DNA of 64,000 bases from Sphingorhabdus sp. (GTDB lineage: Bacteria > Pseudomonadota > Alphaproteobacteria > Sphingomonadales > Sphingomonadaceae), in NCBI RefSeq assembly GCF_044338195.1, contig NZ_JBIIMC010000008.1:10592-74591 (forward strand), written 5' to 3'. Within the stretch, counting starts at the first letter, position 1, and each line of letters begins with the position of its first letter. Below, in pieces: positions 30,322 through 39,295 of the stretch. Both the position numbers and the translations under genes were made by a program. The notes under the pieces were generated by a model, which saw nothing but the letters and a program-made list of their open reading frames with translations, searched no databases and was not told where the DNA came from.

Positions 30322-31068
30322 GTGGAAAATCTAACTTTTGGCCAATATTCATTGGTCTATAATGCATTCTCATTTACATTTGCCACCATGGCAGCAGCAA
30401 CGCTGTTTTTGTGGCTCGGCCGCTCGCAAGTGGGCCCAGCATACAAGACAGCGCTCACCATTTCCGGCTTGGTTACCGCCATTGCCGCATATCACTATTT
30501 CCGTATTTTCGAGAGCTGGGAAGGCGCATATTCCGTTAAAGACGGCATAGTGACCGCAAGCGGCTATGCGTTTAACGATGCCTATCGTTATGTCGACTGG
30601 TTGCTCACGGTGCCATTGCTTCTCATCGAACTCATCCTCGTGATGCGTCTGAGCCAGGAAGAAACCGTCTCGAAGTCGTTCAAGCTTGGCGGCGCAGCGG
30701 CATTGATGATCATCTTGGGTTACCCAGGTGAAATCGCAACGGACATTCCAACCCGCGTATTGTGGGGCACATTGTCGGCAATCCCGTTTGTCTACATCAT
30801 GTGGCAGCTGTTCGCCGGCCTCGGTGCATCGATCAACAACCAACCAGAAAATGTACGTGAATTGGTGAAGAAGGCACGTTTACTGACCTTCGCATCATGG
30901 GGTTTCTACCCGATCGTATATATGATCCCGTACACCAATCTGAGCGGTTCGGACGTAACCGTTGGCGTACAAGTTGGCTACACAATCGCCGATTTGATCG
31001 CAAAGGCTGGCGTTGGCGTCTTGATCTACATGATCGCCGTGCGCAAGTCGCAAGCCGAATATGGCTAA
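30322..31068 (+). CDS. Microbial rhodopsin, xanthorhodopsin/actinorhodopsin-type, DTE outward proton pump
   Basis: Seven hydrophobic segments; YHYFRIF (His58), RYVDWLLTVPLLLIE (D92/T96/E103), GYPGE, WGFYPIVY, DLIAK (D224, retinal Lys228); GTG start with GGGGAG SD. Confidence 0.95.
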   Translation: MENLTFGQYSLVYNAFSFTFATMAAATLFLWLGRSQVGPAYKTALTISGLVTAIAAYHYFRIFESWEGAYSVKDGIVTASGYAFNDAYRYVDWLLTVPLLLIELILVMRLSQEETVSKSFKLGGAAALMIILGYPGEIATDIPTRVLWGTLSAIPFVYIMWQLFAGLGASINNQPENVRELVKKARLLTFASWGFYPIVYMIPYTNLSGSDVTVGVQVGYTIADLIAKAGVGVLIYMIAVRKSQAEYG

Positions 31069-31090
31069 GGCCTCCGGATAAACACTGGAC

Positions 31091-31112
31091 GTACGCCGCT
31101 CCGGCGGCGTAC
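31091..31112 (+). other. GC-rich hairpin between the rhodopsin gene and blh
   Basis: GTACGCCGC-TCCG-GCGGCGTAC, perfect 9-bp stem, no U-tract. Confidence 0.6.
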
Positions 31113-31120
31113 ATTCCTGT

Positions 31121-32029
31121 ATGAATATAATTTTATATCCGCATTCTGCAGGCGCAACATTTTCAAAAATGTTGCGCCTGTTTGCGTTACCGGCAGCGAC
31201 CTTGCTGCTGATTGCCGCAGACCGCCTTCTGGGCGGCATGGACAGTGTTGAGGCTAATATGTTGGCTGCTCTGGCCATCGTCCTTGCAGGCATTCCCCAC
31301 GGCACGCTGGATGTCGAAATAGCCGCCGCCCATTTTGGGCAGAATGGGCTCGCCGGCAGGGCCAAGATTATCGGCGGCTATGTGGGATGCGCCGCCGCTA
31401 TGGTCGTTTTATGGCTGCAGCTGCCGGAACTGGCGCTCATTTCATTCCTGCTCATCTCAATTGTGCATTTCAGCCGTGACTGGCGTGGCGGCGTTGATCC
31501 GTTTCTGGCCATGATGGTGGGGTGGGCATTGGTCGCCTTGCCTGCGCTGGCCAGCCCTGACGATGTCGCCATGATATTCGCCGCGCTAACGGGCAACCAA
31601 AACGGCACCGTGATCGCCGCGTTGCTCGGCGCGGCATCGGTCCCTGCGGCGCTGGGCAGCCTTGTCTTTGCCTATTGGGCGTTCCGGCATGAGGATGCGC
31701 AAAGCGCGCTTGAAGTACTCGCCTGCATCACCGCCGCTTTGTTCCTGCCGCCGCTCGTGGCATTTGCCGTTTTCTTTTGCGGGTTGCACTCCCCGCGACA
31801 TATGGCGGACGCGTTACGCGAAACAGGTGGTCTGTCCAAATTCAAAAAGGCAGCCATTGTCGCCGCCGTGTCCGCGCTTTCATTAGGGTTAGGCGTATTG
31901 ATGTTCCTGTACCAAGGCGACGTCCCTTCGGACATGGGCATTGTCCGGTCTGCGTTCATTCTGATATCAACGTTGACGGTGCCGCATTTCATCCTTGAAC
32001 ACATCCTTGCGAAAAAGCCGGCCGCATAA
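31121..32029 (+). CDS. blh: Brp/Blh beta-carotene 15,15'-dioxygenase (retinal synthesis); likely start ~31169
   Basis: GIPHGTLD, SIVHF, LHSPRH and LTVPH motifs; multi-TM; immediately downstream of the rhodopsin gene. Confidence 0.92.
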   Translation: MNIILYPHSAGATFSKMLRLFALPAATLLLIAADRLLGGMDSVEANMLAALAIVLAGIPHGTLDVEIAAAHFGQNGLAGRAKIIGGYVGCAAAMVVLWLQLPELALISFLLISIVHFSRDWRGGVDPFLAMMVGWALVALPALASPDDVAMIFAALTGNQNGTVIAALLGAASVPAALGSLVFAYWAFRHEDAQSALEVLACITAALFLPPLVAFAVFFCGLHSPRHMADALRETGGLSKFKKAAIVAAVSALSLGLGVLMFLYQGDVPSDMGIVRSAFILISTLTVPHFILEHILAKKPAA

Positions 32030-32101
32030 GTTCCGCATCAACACCCTTGCCCGAACGCACAAAGCGCGGCACATCATGGCTATAGTCTTCAGGAGTATGT
32101 C

Positions 32102-33418
32102 ATGAAATTCCAAGCCCTGTCTTTGATGAGCAGCGTTGCGCTCTTGGCGCTTTCAACGCCGGCTTTTGCCCAGCTTTCAAAGCCCGAAGCCAAGATGGCC
32201 GCAACCGTTGACGCGGAATATGAACGCTCGGTTGCCTTGCTTGAACGGATGGTCAACCAGAATTCGGGAACGATGAATTTCGCAGGCGTCAAAACCGTCG
32301 GCGATATGATGCGTGCTGAGCTCGAACCGCTTGGCTTCAAGGTTGCATGGCTCGATATGGCCAAGGCTGGGCGCGCAGGGCACCTGGTCGCGACAAAGGC
32401 GGGCAAGAAGGGCACAAAGAAGCTTTTACTGATTGCGCATCTCGACACTGTCTTTGAGGCCGATAGCCCTTTCCAAAAATTCGTCCGTCGTGGTGACCAA
32501 GCTGTTGGCCCCGGTGCGGGTGACGACAAGGGCGGCATGGTCGTTATCGTGTCGGCGTTGCGCGCCATGCAGGCCGCAGGCACGCTGAAGGACGCGCATA
32601 TAGAAATTCATATGACGGGAGATGAAGAGGACGCAGGCGACCCCATCGAGATTACCCGCGCGCCGTTGATTGCTGCCGGAAAGACCGCGGACGTCGCACT
32701 CGATTTCGAAGGCCTGTCGATTGAGGATGGCAAGGATATGGGCGTTATCGCCCGCCGGTCGTCGAACAGTTGGAAGTTGGAGGTTTCCGGCGTCACCGGA
32801 CATAGCTCTCTAATCTTTGATTCCACATATGGCGATGGCGCAGCGTTTGAACTGGCGCGCATAATCCATCAATTCCGCACAGAGCTGCCTGAGCCGAACC
32901 TGACGTTCAACGTCGGGTTGATTGCAGCGGGGCAAGAGGCAAGCTTCGACAATGACGGCGTCCGCGCAAGTGCCAAAGGAAAGACCAACATCATTCCGGG
33001 CATAGCCATAGCGCGCGGTGACTTCCGGACCTTATCCGAAGACCAAAGTGCGCGGGTCCGGCAGAAGATGCAGGCCATCGTGTCGGCATCTGCACCAAAG
33101 ACCAGCGCCAAGATTAGCTTTGACCCCGGCGGCTATCCCGCGATGGCGCCAACAGAGGGCAACAAGGCGTTGTTGGCGCAACTGAATGTTGTAAACCGGG
33201 ATCTGGGACTGGATGCCCAACCGCCGCTCAACCCGTTGAAACGTGGCGCAGGAGACATCAGCTTCGTCGCCAATGACGTCGACGGTCTCGTCGGCCTTGG
33301 CGTCTATAGCAAAGGCGACCACGCCCCCGGGGAGACCGTCGACCTTGCCAGCATCAAGCGTCAGGCAAAGCGTGCAGCCATCCTGATGAGCCGGCTGTCG
33401 CAGGAAAAGGCGATGTGA
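32102..33418 (+). CDS. Secreted M20/M25/M40 metallopeptidase (glutamate carboxypeptidase-like)
   Basis: Signal peptide; AHLDTV, GAGDDKGG, GDEE, GDH metal ligands. Confidence 0.88.
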   Translation: MKFQALSLMSSVALLALSTPAFAQLSKPEAKMAATVDAEYERSVALLERMVNQNSGTMNFAGVKTVGDMMRAELEPLGFKVAWLDMAKAGRAGHLVATKAGKKGTKKLLLIAHLDTVFEADSPFQKFVRRGDQAVGPGAGDDKGGMVVIVSALRAMQAAGTLKDAHIEIHMTGDEEDAGDPIEITRAPLIAAGKTADVALDFEGLSIEDGKDMGVIARRSSNSWKLEVSGVTGHSSLIFDSTYGDGAAFELARIIHQFRTELPEPNLTFNVGLIAAGQEASFDNDGVRASAKGKTNIIPGIAIARGDFRTLSEDQSARVRQKMQAIVSASAPKTSAKISFDPGGYPAMAPTEGNKALLAQLNVVNRDLGLDAQPPLNPLKRGAGDISFVANDVDGLVGLGVYSKGDHAPGETVDLASIKRQAKRAAILMSRLSQEKAM

Positions 33419-33448
33419 CTGGGAACTGCAGTTTGATTATCTGATCAG

Positions 33449-33521
33449 TCGGCATCCTGAACTTGTTTCAGGATAATGTTCAACGTTGGTTGGTTATCCT
33501 GAAACAAGTTCAGGATGACGA
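33449..33521. repeat. REP/REPIN-like nested inverted repeat
   Basis: Perfect 24-bp arms CATCCTGAACTTGTTTCAGGATAA (33453-33476) and its reverse complement (33494-33517), 17-nt spacer; each arm is itself an imperfect palindrome. Confidence 0.75.
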
Positions 33522-33574
33522 GCGGCTTGGTGTTCAGGTTATACGGCGCACCACTCGAGGTTTCAGCAGACAAT

Positions 33575-33607
33575 AAAAAAGGCGGCGCATTTCTGCACCG
33601 CCTTTTT
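33575..33607. terminator. Bidirectional intrinsic terminator
   Basis: AAAAAGGCGG...CCGCCTTTTT with A/T runs on both sides, between convergent operons. Confidence 0.8.
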
Positions 33608-33636
33608 AAATGTCGTATCAACGGAAGGTTCGGTAA

Positions 33637-34092
33637 CTACCGACCCTCACGCGAAGCCTTGCCGAAGACGCGGTATTGTTCGTTGCCGACAAAACCGAAT
33701 TTCGAAATGCCACTACGCTTTACAGAGACCAGGGCCTTATCAACGGTGTCATATGGCGCCGTTGGGGCTGGTTGGAACTGAAGCTCGGGCTCCGGATTCA
33801 TGGACGTCGTCCGGACCAGATACTGCTCCATCTGCTGAATCGAAACCGGCGTGCCATTCCACTGAATTGCGCTGTTCGGAAGAATGATGATCTTGTTAAT
33901 AACAGGATCGATCGGAACTTCCGGTGGTGGCGCATTTGGATCATTGACCGGAAGGTCGATGTTTACGGCGTGCGAAACCGGGGGGATGGTGATCATCAGC
34001 ATGATGAGGAGAACGAGCATAACGTCGATTAACGGCGTTGTGTTCATTTCCATCATCGGCTGGCCATCATCGTTACCGCCACTCATTGCCAT
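33637..34092 (-). CDS. exbD: ExbD/TolR biopolymer transporter
   Basis: MNTTPLIDVMLVLLIM; C-terminal FGFV. Confidence 0.92.
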   Translation of the reverse strand: MAMSGGNDDGQPMMEMNTTPLIDVMLVLLIMLMITIPPVSHAVNIDLPVNDPNAPPPEVPIDPVINKIIILPNSAIQWNGTPVSIQQMEQYLVRTTSMNPEPELQFQPAPTAPYDTVDKALVSVKRSGISKFGFVGNEQYRVFGKASREGR

Positions 34093-34113
34093 GATGATTG
34101 CTCCTTAAATAAC

Positions 34114-34656
34114 TTACTGCACGTTCGCGGTTTCGAACGGCGATGAAATGAAGCCAACACGCGCAAAACCGGCCATCTGCATGGTGTAAATTGCACCACC
34201 GATGCATCGATAAGGCGTGTTGATATCACCACGGATGTGCGCCTCTGGCAGCATGTCAGGCTCGATAAGACCAGCGGCAGCGGCTTCTGGGCCACCGAGC
34301 TTTTCAAATTCTGCCTTCAAATGCTTCGCCGCGCGATCCACCAACTCGGTTGAATCAACAGGCGTTACGTTCCAGTAAATGCGGCACTCGCCATTCGGGT
34401 TTGCACCTTGGTAAGCGGGGTCACCGGGATCACGACCACCGACATCGGTTGTTGTCACCGACAAAAGAACGTTTTCACGCTTTGCCTTTGTTGGTTCGAA
34501 CTTGATGACCGGAATGTCCATCTTCACTGTCTGGATAGCGACAGGAATTGCGATGAGGAATACGATGAGGAGCACCAGCATGACGTCGACGAGCGGCGTC
34601 GTGTTGATGTCAGACATTGGCGTATCATCGCCGCCGCCTCCTGAACTGATTGCCAT
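34114..34656 (-). CDS. exbD: ExbD/TolR biopolymer transporter
   Basis: INTTPLVDVMLVLLIVF; AHIRGD; ARVGFIS. Confidence 0.92.
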   Translation of the reverse strand: MAISSGGGGDDTPMSDINTTPLVDVMLVLLIVFLIAIPVAIQTVKMDIPVIKFEPTKAKRENVLLSVTTTDVGGRDPGDPAYQGANPNGECRIYWNVTPVDSTELVDRAAKHLKAEFEKLGGPEAAAAGLIEPDMLPEAHIRGDINTPYRCIGGAIYTMQMAGFARVGFISSPFETANVQ

Positions 34657-34748
34657 TGGCCAATCCTCTCTAAATAAATTGGGTCAAAAATGGAGCGCCA
34701 GCGGATGCTGGCGTATGGGCCGCGCCGAAACGCGGCCCTAACCCAATA

Positions 34749-35510
34749 TTACTTCTTAACTGCAGCTGGTGCTGGCTTACCAGCTGGTGCAGCGGCAGGA
34801 ACAGCAGGCTTAACGCGGCCGCCCGAAGAGATGTAACCAAGCACATCGTTCGAGAAGGTCGAAAGGCTACGTGCGATTGTCTTGTTACGTGCCTGAAGCC
34901 AGTTGTACGCAAGAACGGCAGGAACAGCAACGAACAGACCAATTGCGGTCATGATCAGTGCTTCACCAACTGGACCAGCGATCTTACCAATGTCAGCCTG
35001 ACCTGCGATACCGATTTTGATCAGCGCCGAGTAAATGCCGATGACCGTACCGAGCAGACCAACGAAAGGAGCCGTTGCACCAACCGTTGCGAGGAACGGA
35101 AGGCCGCCCGCTAGCTTGTTGTTGATGGAATCTTCCGAACGGGCCATTGCGCCGTGCAGCCAATCATGGGCTTCGATAGGGTCGGTCAAAAGGCTGTGCT
35201 GCTTTTGAGCGGCGATGCCATCATCAACGACTTGACGATATGCACTGTTCTTATCGAGCTTTGCAGCGCCTTCTTCAAGCGTTGCAGCGCGCCAGAATTG
35301 TGCACGGACGTCCTTGTACTGGTTCAAAACCTTCTGCTGTTCAAAAAGCTTCGTGAACATGATGTAGAACGAGAAGACAGACATGATGACCATGACGATG
35401 AAAATCGACCATGAAATCGGGCCACCTTCGTTAAGCGCAGGGATAAGACCGAATTGTGCGGCCACATCTGGGTTTGCGGCGCCGGCCGCAGTCAGAAACA
35501 AAATCGACAT
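34749..35510 (-). CDS. exbB: ExbB/TolQ/MotA proton channel
   Basis: LATVGATAPFVGLLGTVIGI; GEALIMTAIGLFVAVPAV. Confidence 0.93.
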   Translation of the reverse strand: MSILFLTAAGAANPDVAAQFGLIPALNEGGPISWSIFIVMVIMSVFSFYIMFTKLFEQQKVLNQYKDVRAQFWRAATLEEGAAKLDKNSAYRQVVDDGIAAQKQHSLLTDPIEAHDWLHGAMARSEDSINNKLAGGLPFLATVGATAPFVGLLGTVIGIYSALIKIGIAGQADIGKIAGPVGEALIMTAIGLFVAVPAVLAYNWLQARNKTIARSLSTFSNDVLGYISSGGRVKPAVPAAAPAGKPAPAAVKK

Positions 35511-35591
35511 TTTAACTACCTCTCAAAAAATAGAACTATCTAGTAAAAAAGACCCGGAACCAAGGCTCCCCCTTTTACCGGGCCAGAAAAA

Positions 35592-36239
35592 TTATTTCGG
35601 TATCTGCCACTTGATGCGGCTAGAATACGAACCTTGAACTTTTTCGCCATTACGAACGGCAGGTTCAAAGCGCGCACGACGCTTCACGTTGGTGCAGGTT
35701 GCCGCATCCAGATCCGCATGGCCGCTTGACTGCGTAACTTGGCAATCAATGACACGACCATCAACGCCGATAGTAATGCGGAACGCGGTTGTACCCTCAC
35801 GCTCCTGCTGCAACGCACGCGACGGATAGTCATTCGTGTTTGCCCAGTTGCTTGGGTTGCCCCGTGGCTTCGCTTCAGCGGTAGGACCTGCTGGCGGCGG
35901 CGGCGGCGCTGGTGGCGCAGCTGTCGGTACAATTGGAGCCGCAGGTGGCGGCGTATCAACTGTGCGAACCGTTGGCGGTGGTGTCACCGTAACAACCATT
36001 GGCGGAGGCGAAACGACCGGAGGCTCGATTTGCTTCTCTGGTTCTGGTGGTGGTTCTTCTTCTTCGGGTGGTTCTTCTTCTTTCACGTCGACCACGGTCA
36101 TCTTTTCCTTGATCGAGACGACCGCATCATATGCGAGGCCAGTCACCAAGGCATAACCGAGGAAAGCGTGAAGAAGGAGTACAATGACGACAGAAACCAA
36201 ACGGTTTGTGCTCATCCCATCTTGATCAGCATATGCCAT
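35592..36239 (-). CDS. tonB: Energy transducer TonB
   Basis: N-terminal TM with His, EP/PP-rich linker, YPSRALQQEREG C-terminal domain. Confidence 0.92.
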   Translation of the reverse strand: MAYADQDGMSTNRLVSVVIVLLLHAFLGYALVTGLAYDAVVSIKEKMTVVDVKEEEPPEEEEPPPEPEKQIEPPVVSPPPMVVTVTPPPTVRTVDTPPPAAPIVPTAAPPAPPPPPAGPTAEAKPRGNPSNWANTNDYPSRALQQEREGTTAFRITIGVDGRVIDCQVTQSSGHADLDAATCTNVKRRARFEPAVRNGEKVQGSYSSRIKWQIPK

Positions 36240-36493
36240 GCGGAAACAACTCTCCTACCTTCAAAACAAAATAGTACACTAAGGGCGCACATTTCACCGT
36301 GACCCAAAGTACCCTCGCGATATCGAAATCTATCTTTTTTTTTGCTCGATTCATCGACGCATTAGCCAACCCTAACAGGCCAAGCAATCCGGATTCTGCG
36401 ATTCAGACGCAATTCATGGACAGGTTCACATTATGCTACAATGTGATACACGTAAAACTGGCGACGGATGCCGGTTTCAGGAAGGGTTATTTA

Positions 36494-37348
36494 ATGCGAA
36501 TTTCGCAAGTGAAAGTGATTTTATGCTTGGTTTTGATGGGTTTGGGCAATGCTGCATCTGCCCAACCCGTGGCCACCCTGCCACCCGCACTTGCCATTGA
36601 AGCCGAAACGGCGAGTTATTCGGATATTGCCGATTTGGTCGTCATATCGCCTCTGATCACTGATGTTACTGTCCGCAAAGCTGCTAAAGTTGCCCCGGAA
36701 CAAGCCATTGGCGTACCCACATCTCTACAACGCATGCTGATCGAAGCGGATGTTATGGCGTTGATTCGCGGCGAAGGCGGCATTGCAGACCGCGTCCGCT
36801 TTGTGCTGGATGTGCCCAAGGATGCGAAGGGCAAAGTGCCCAAATTGAAAAAACAGCGGTGGTTTCTATTTGGCAGCCCCGTTGCGGGCCGAACGGCCGA
36901 AATCCGGTTGTCGCGACCCAACGCGCTCGCGAATTTTAGCCCGGCAAATGATGCTTTGGTCCGCCGAATCACGCAGGAGGCTGTCCTGCGCGATGCACCG
37001 CAGCGCATCATAGGTGTCGCCAGTGCTTTCCATAGCCCTGGCACAGTGCTCGGTGAAGGCGAAACACAGATTTTCCTGAAGACCGAAAAGGACCAGCCAG
37101 TGTCTCTTACGGTTCTTAGTAGGCCGAATGAGCAAAAACAGTGGGCGGTATCGACCGCTGAAGTGATTGATTCGTCTGCAACCGCGCCGGAACGATTCAC
37201 GCTGCTATGGTATCGCCTAGCCTGTGGCCTACCGCGCAGCCTTCCCACCGACCGCATCGAAACAGCGCGCGATGAAGACGCTGCGCGCGCGCAAGCTGAC
37301 TATACATTTGTTATCGATGCGCTTGGGCCATGTGGCCGTAAGCGTTAG
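36494..37348 (+). CDS. Exported hypothetical protein
   Basis: Sec signal (ASA-Q), plausible coding composition, divergent from tonB; no family recognised. Confidence 0.75.
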   Translation: MRISQVKVILCLVLMGLGNAASAQPVATLPPALAIEAETASYSDIADLVVISPLITDVTVRKAAKVAPEQAIGVPTSLQRMLIEADVMALIRGEGGIADRVRFVLDVPKDAKGKVPKLKKQRWFLFGSPVAGRTAEIRLSRPNALANFSPANDALVRRITQEAVLRDAPQRIIGVASAFHSPGTVLGEGETQIFLKTEKDQPVSLTVLSRPNEQKQWAVSTAEVIDSSATAPERFTLLWYRLACGLPRSLPTDRIETARDEDAARAQADYTFVIDALGPCGRKR

Positions 37349-37379
37349 GGACTGCAAATCGGGTTCGACGCCGCCGCGC

Positions 37380-37961
37380 TCACCGCGATGCGCCGGGCAC
37401 CCACATGATATCACCACCGCGCGTCGAATTGATCAGGCGGCACAGCACGAACAAATAGTCCGACAGGCGGTTGATGTAGTTCAACGCCTGCGGATTTATC
37501 GAAACGTCCAGCGATGCCGCAACCAGCGCCCGTTCGGCACGACGTGAAATGGCGCGCGCCATATGCATATGCGCTGCTGCCAAGCTACCGCCCGGCAAAA
37601 TGAAACTGGTCAACGGCGGAAGCTGCTCGTTGGCTTTATCAATAGCCGCCTCAAGCCATTCAACTTGAGACGACACAATCCGCAATTCCATCGGCGATGG
37701 TTCAAAACTTTCGCCGGGCGTTGCGATATCGGCACCCAGATCAAACAGGTCATTCTGGATACGCCGCAATTCCGCGACCAAAGGCGTTTCGCCCTCGTCC
37801 GCCGCAAGCGCCTGAACCGCTACGCCGAGCGCGCTGTTGGTTTCATCGACTTCGCCGATGGCGTGTAAACGCGCATTGGTCTTTGACGCGCGCGAACCAT
37901 CGACGAGGCCAGTAGTCCCGTCATCACCCGTGCGTGTGTAAATCTTGTTGAGCTTGACCAT
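37380..37961 (-). CDS. pduO: PduO-type cob(I)alamin adenosyltransferase
   Basis: MVKLNKIYTRTGDDGTT, FILPGG, RRAER, YINRLSDYLF. Confidence 0.93.
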   Translation of the reverse strand: MVKLNKIYTRTGDDGTTGLVDGSRASKTNARLHAIGEVDETNSALGVAVQALAADEGETPLVAELRRIQNDLFDLGADIATPGESFEPSPMELRIVSSQVEWLEAAIDKANEQLPPLTSFILPGGSLAAAHMHMARAISRRAERALVAASLDVSINPQALNYINRLSDYLFVLCRLINSTRGGDIMWVPGASR

Positions 37962-37977
37962 GTCGGATGCCGCCCGC

Positions 37978-38205
37978 TTATTGCGAGCCGGCGACCACGA
38001 CGAGCACAGCAAGCAAAACGATCGTAATTGCCTGCCATTTGACGCGGGCAAACATCATCTTGTTCTGCACTGTGAGCGATTTGGGCAGCCCCGCTTCGTC
38101 AACATCTGCTGGTCGCAAATTGGCGAACGCATGAAGGCCACGGATAAGTGCAAATGCCACAGCACCAGCAGCGCCAATGGTGAGGAGAACCAACAAAATA
38201 GTCAT
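37978..38205 (-). CDS. HIG1-like twin-TM small protein
   Basis: Two hydrophobic helices flanking NKMMFARVKWQ. Confidence 0.8.
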   Translation of the reverse strand: MTILLVLLTIGAAGAVAFALIRGLHAFANLRPADVDEAGLPKSLTVQNKMMFARVKWQAITIVLLAVLVVVAGSQ

Positions 38206-38248
38206 CGGGAGAAATCCTTGTCCGGGGCCAATACCCCGCTGCGCCTAT

Positions 38249-39091
38249 TTAGGCGTGAGATAACGAGATTCCAAGCGGTAGCGTTCCCTGACGCAAATTA
38301 TTAATAAGTCCATCGCCGCATTCGCCCGCCAATCGCCGGTCCGACAGCGCAGGTGAGGATTTGCTCTTCGCCAGTTTTTCGCCGCTCGCGTCCAACAACA
38401 GCGGATGGTGCCAGTATATGGGTTCCGGCAAATCCAACAGTTTCTGCAACAGCCTGTGGATCGCAGTATATCCGAAAAGGTCTTGGCCCCGCACGACATG
38501 CGACACCCCATCTGCAGCATCATCAATCGTCGCAGCCAGATGGTAAGATGCCGGCGCATCTTTGCGCCACAGAACAACATCGCCAAATGCCATGGGGTCC
38601 GCAAATTGCGGTCCTGCCGCCAAATCGACCCAATGCAACAGCCCCGATTGCGCCACCGCTTTGGCCATATCAATCCGCAAGCTGTGCGGCACAGAAGGGT
38701 CAATGTCGCTGTCCCGGCACGTTCCGGGATAATGGGGGCCATCTGGACCATGCGGCACCGGCTTGTGCTTGAGCGCATTGGCAATATCGCTTCGCGTACA
38801 GATGCAGCGGTATAGCAGCCCGTCCGCGATCAACCGGTCACGCGCCGCCTCATATCTTGCAATGTTCTGCGATTGAAATTGCACAGCGCCGTCATGATGA
38901 AGCCCAAGCCAGTCCATATCCGACAGTATCGCCGCGACATGCTCGGCACGGCTGCGTGTTCCGTCAATATCTTCAATCCGCAGGTGGAACTGACCATTCA
39001 AAGCACGCGCAAAATCATGTGCGCATAATGCCGAAAAGGCATGCCCCAGATGCAAGCGCCCATTGGGACTCGGCGCGAACCGCGTCACCAC
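38249..39091 (-). CDS. gluQ: Glutamyl-Q tRNA(Asp) synthetase
   Basis: TRFAPSPNGRLHLGH, LRIEDID, C.CTRSD, VRGQDL, KLAKS; no anticodon domain. GTG start inferred. Confidence 0.92.
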   Translation of the reverse strand: MVTRFAPSPNGRLHLGHAFSALCAHDFARALNGQFHLRIEDIDGTRSRAEHVAAILSDMDWLGLHHDGAVQFQSQNIARYEAARDRLIADGLLYRCICTRSDIANALKHKPVPHGPDGPHYPGTCRDSDIDPSVPHSLRIDMAKAVAQSGLLHWVDLAAGPQFADPMAFGDVVLWRKDAPASYHLAATIDDAADGVSHVVRGQDLFGYTAIHRLLQKLLDLPEPIYWHHPLLLDASGEKLAKSKSSPALSDRRLAGECGDGLINNLRQGTLPLGISLSHA

Positions 39092-39295
39092 TGCGCCATC
39101 ATATTGCGGCAGCGCAGGCAGATATTGCTTCAAAAAGTCATCCGCGCTCAAAAAACATATCCCCAAAAAATACCATATGCTGTGCCTTTGCCCTCTTGAC
39201 GTCACCATATGTGCAAATAGGTTGATGACTGTCAGATTGCTGTAACGTTGATACGCTTAAAGCATGTATGACATAAAGGGAGTAGGGTTCGACTT

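Noticed and set aside
33449-33521. CRISPR repeat or transposon terminal inverted repeats
   Set aside because: Only two inverted copies 17 nt apart; no spacer array, cas gene, transposase or target-site duplication.
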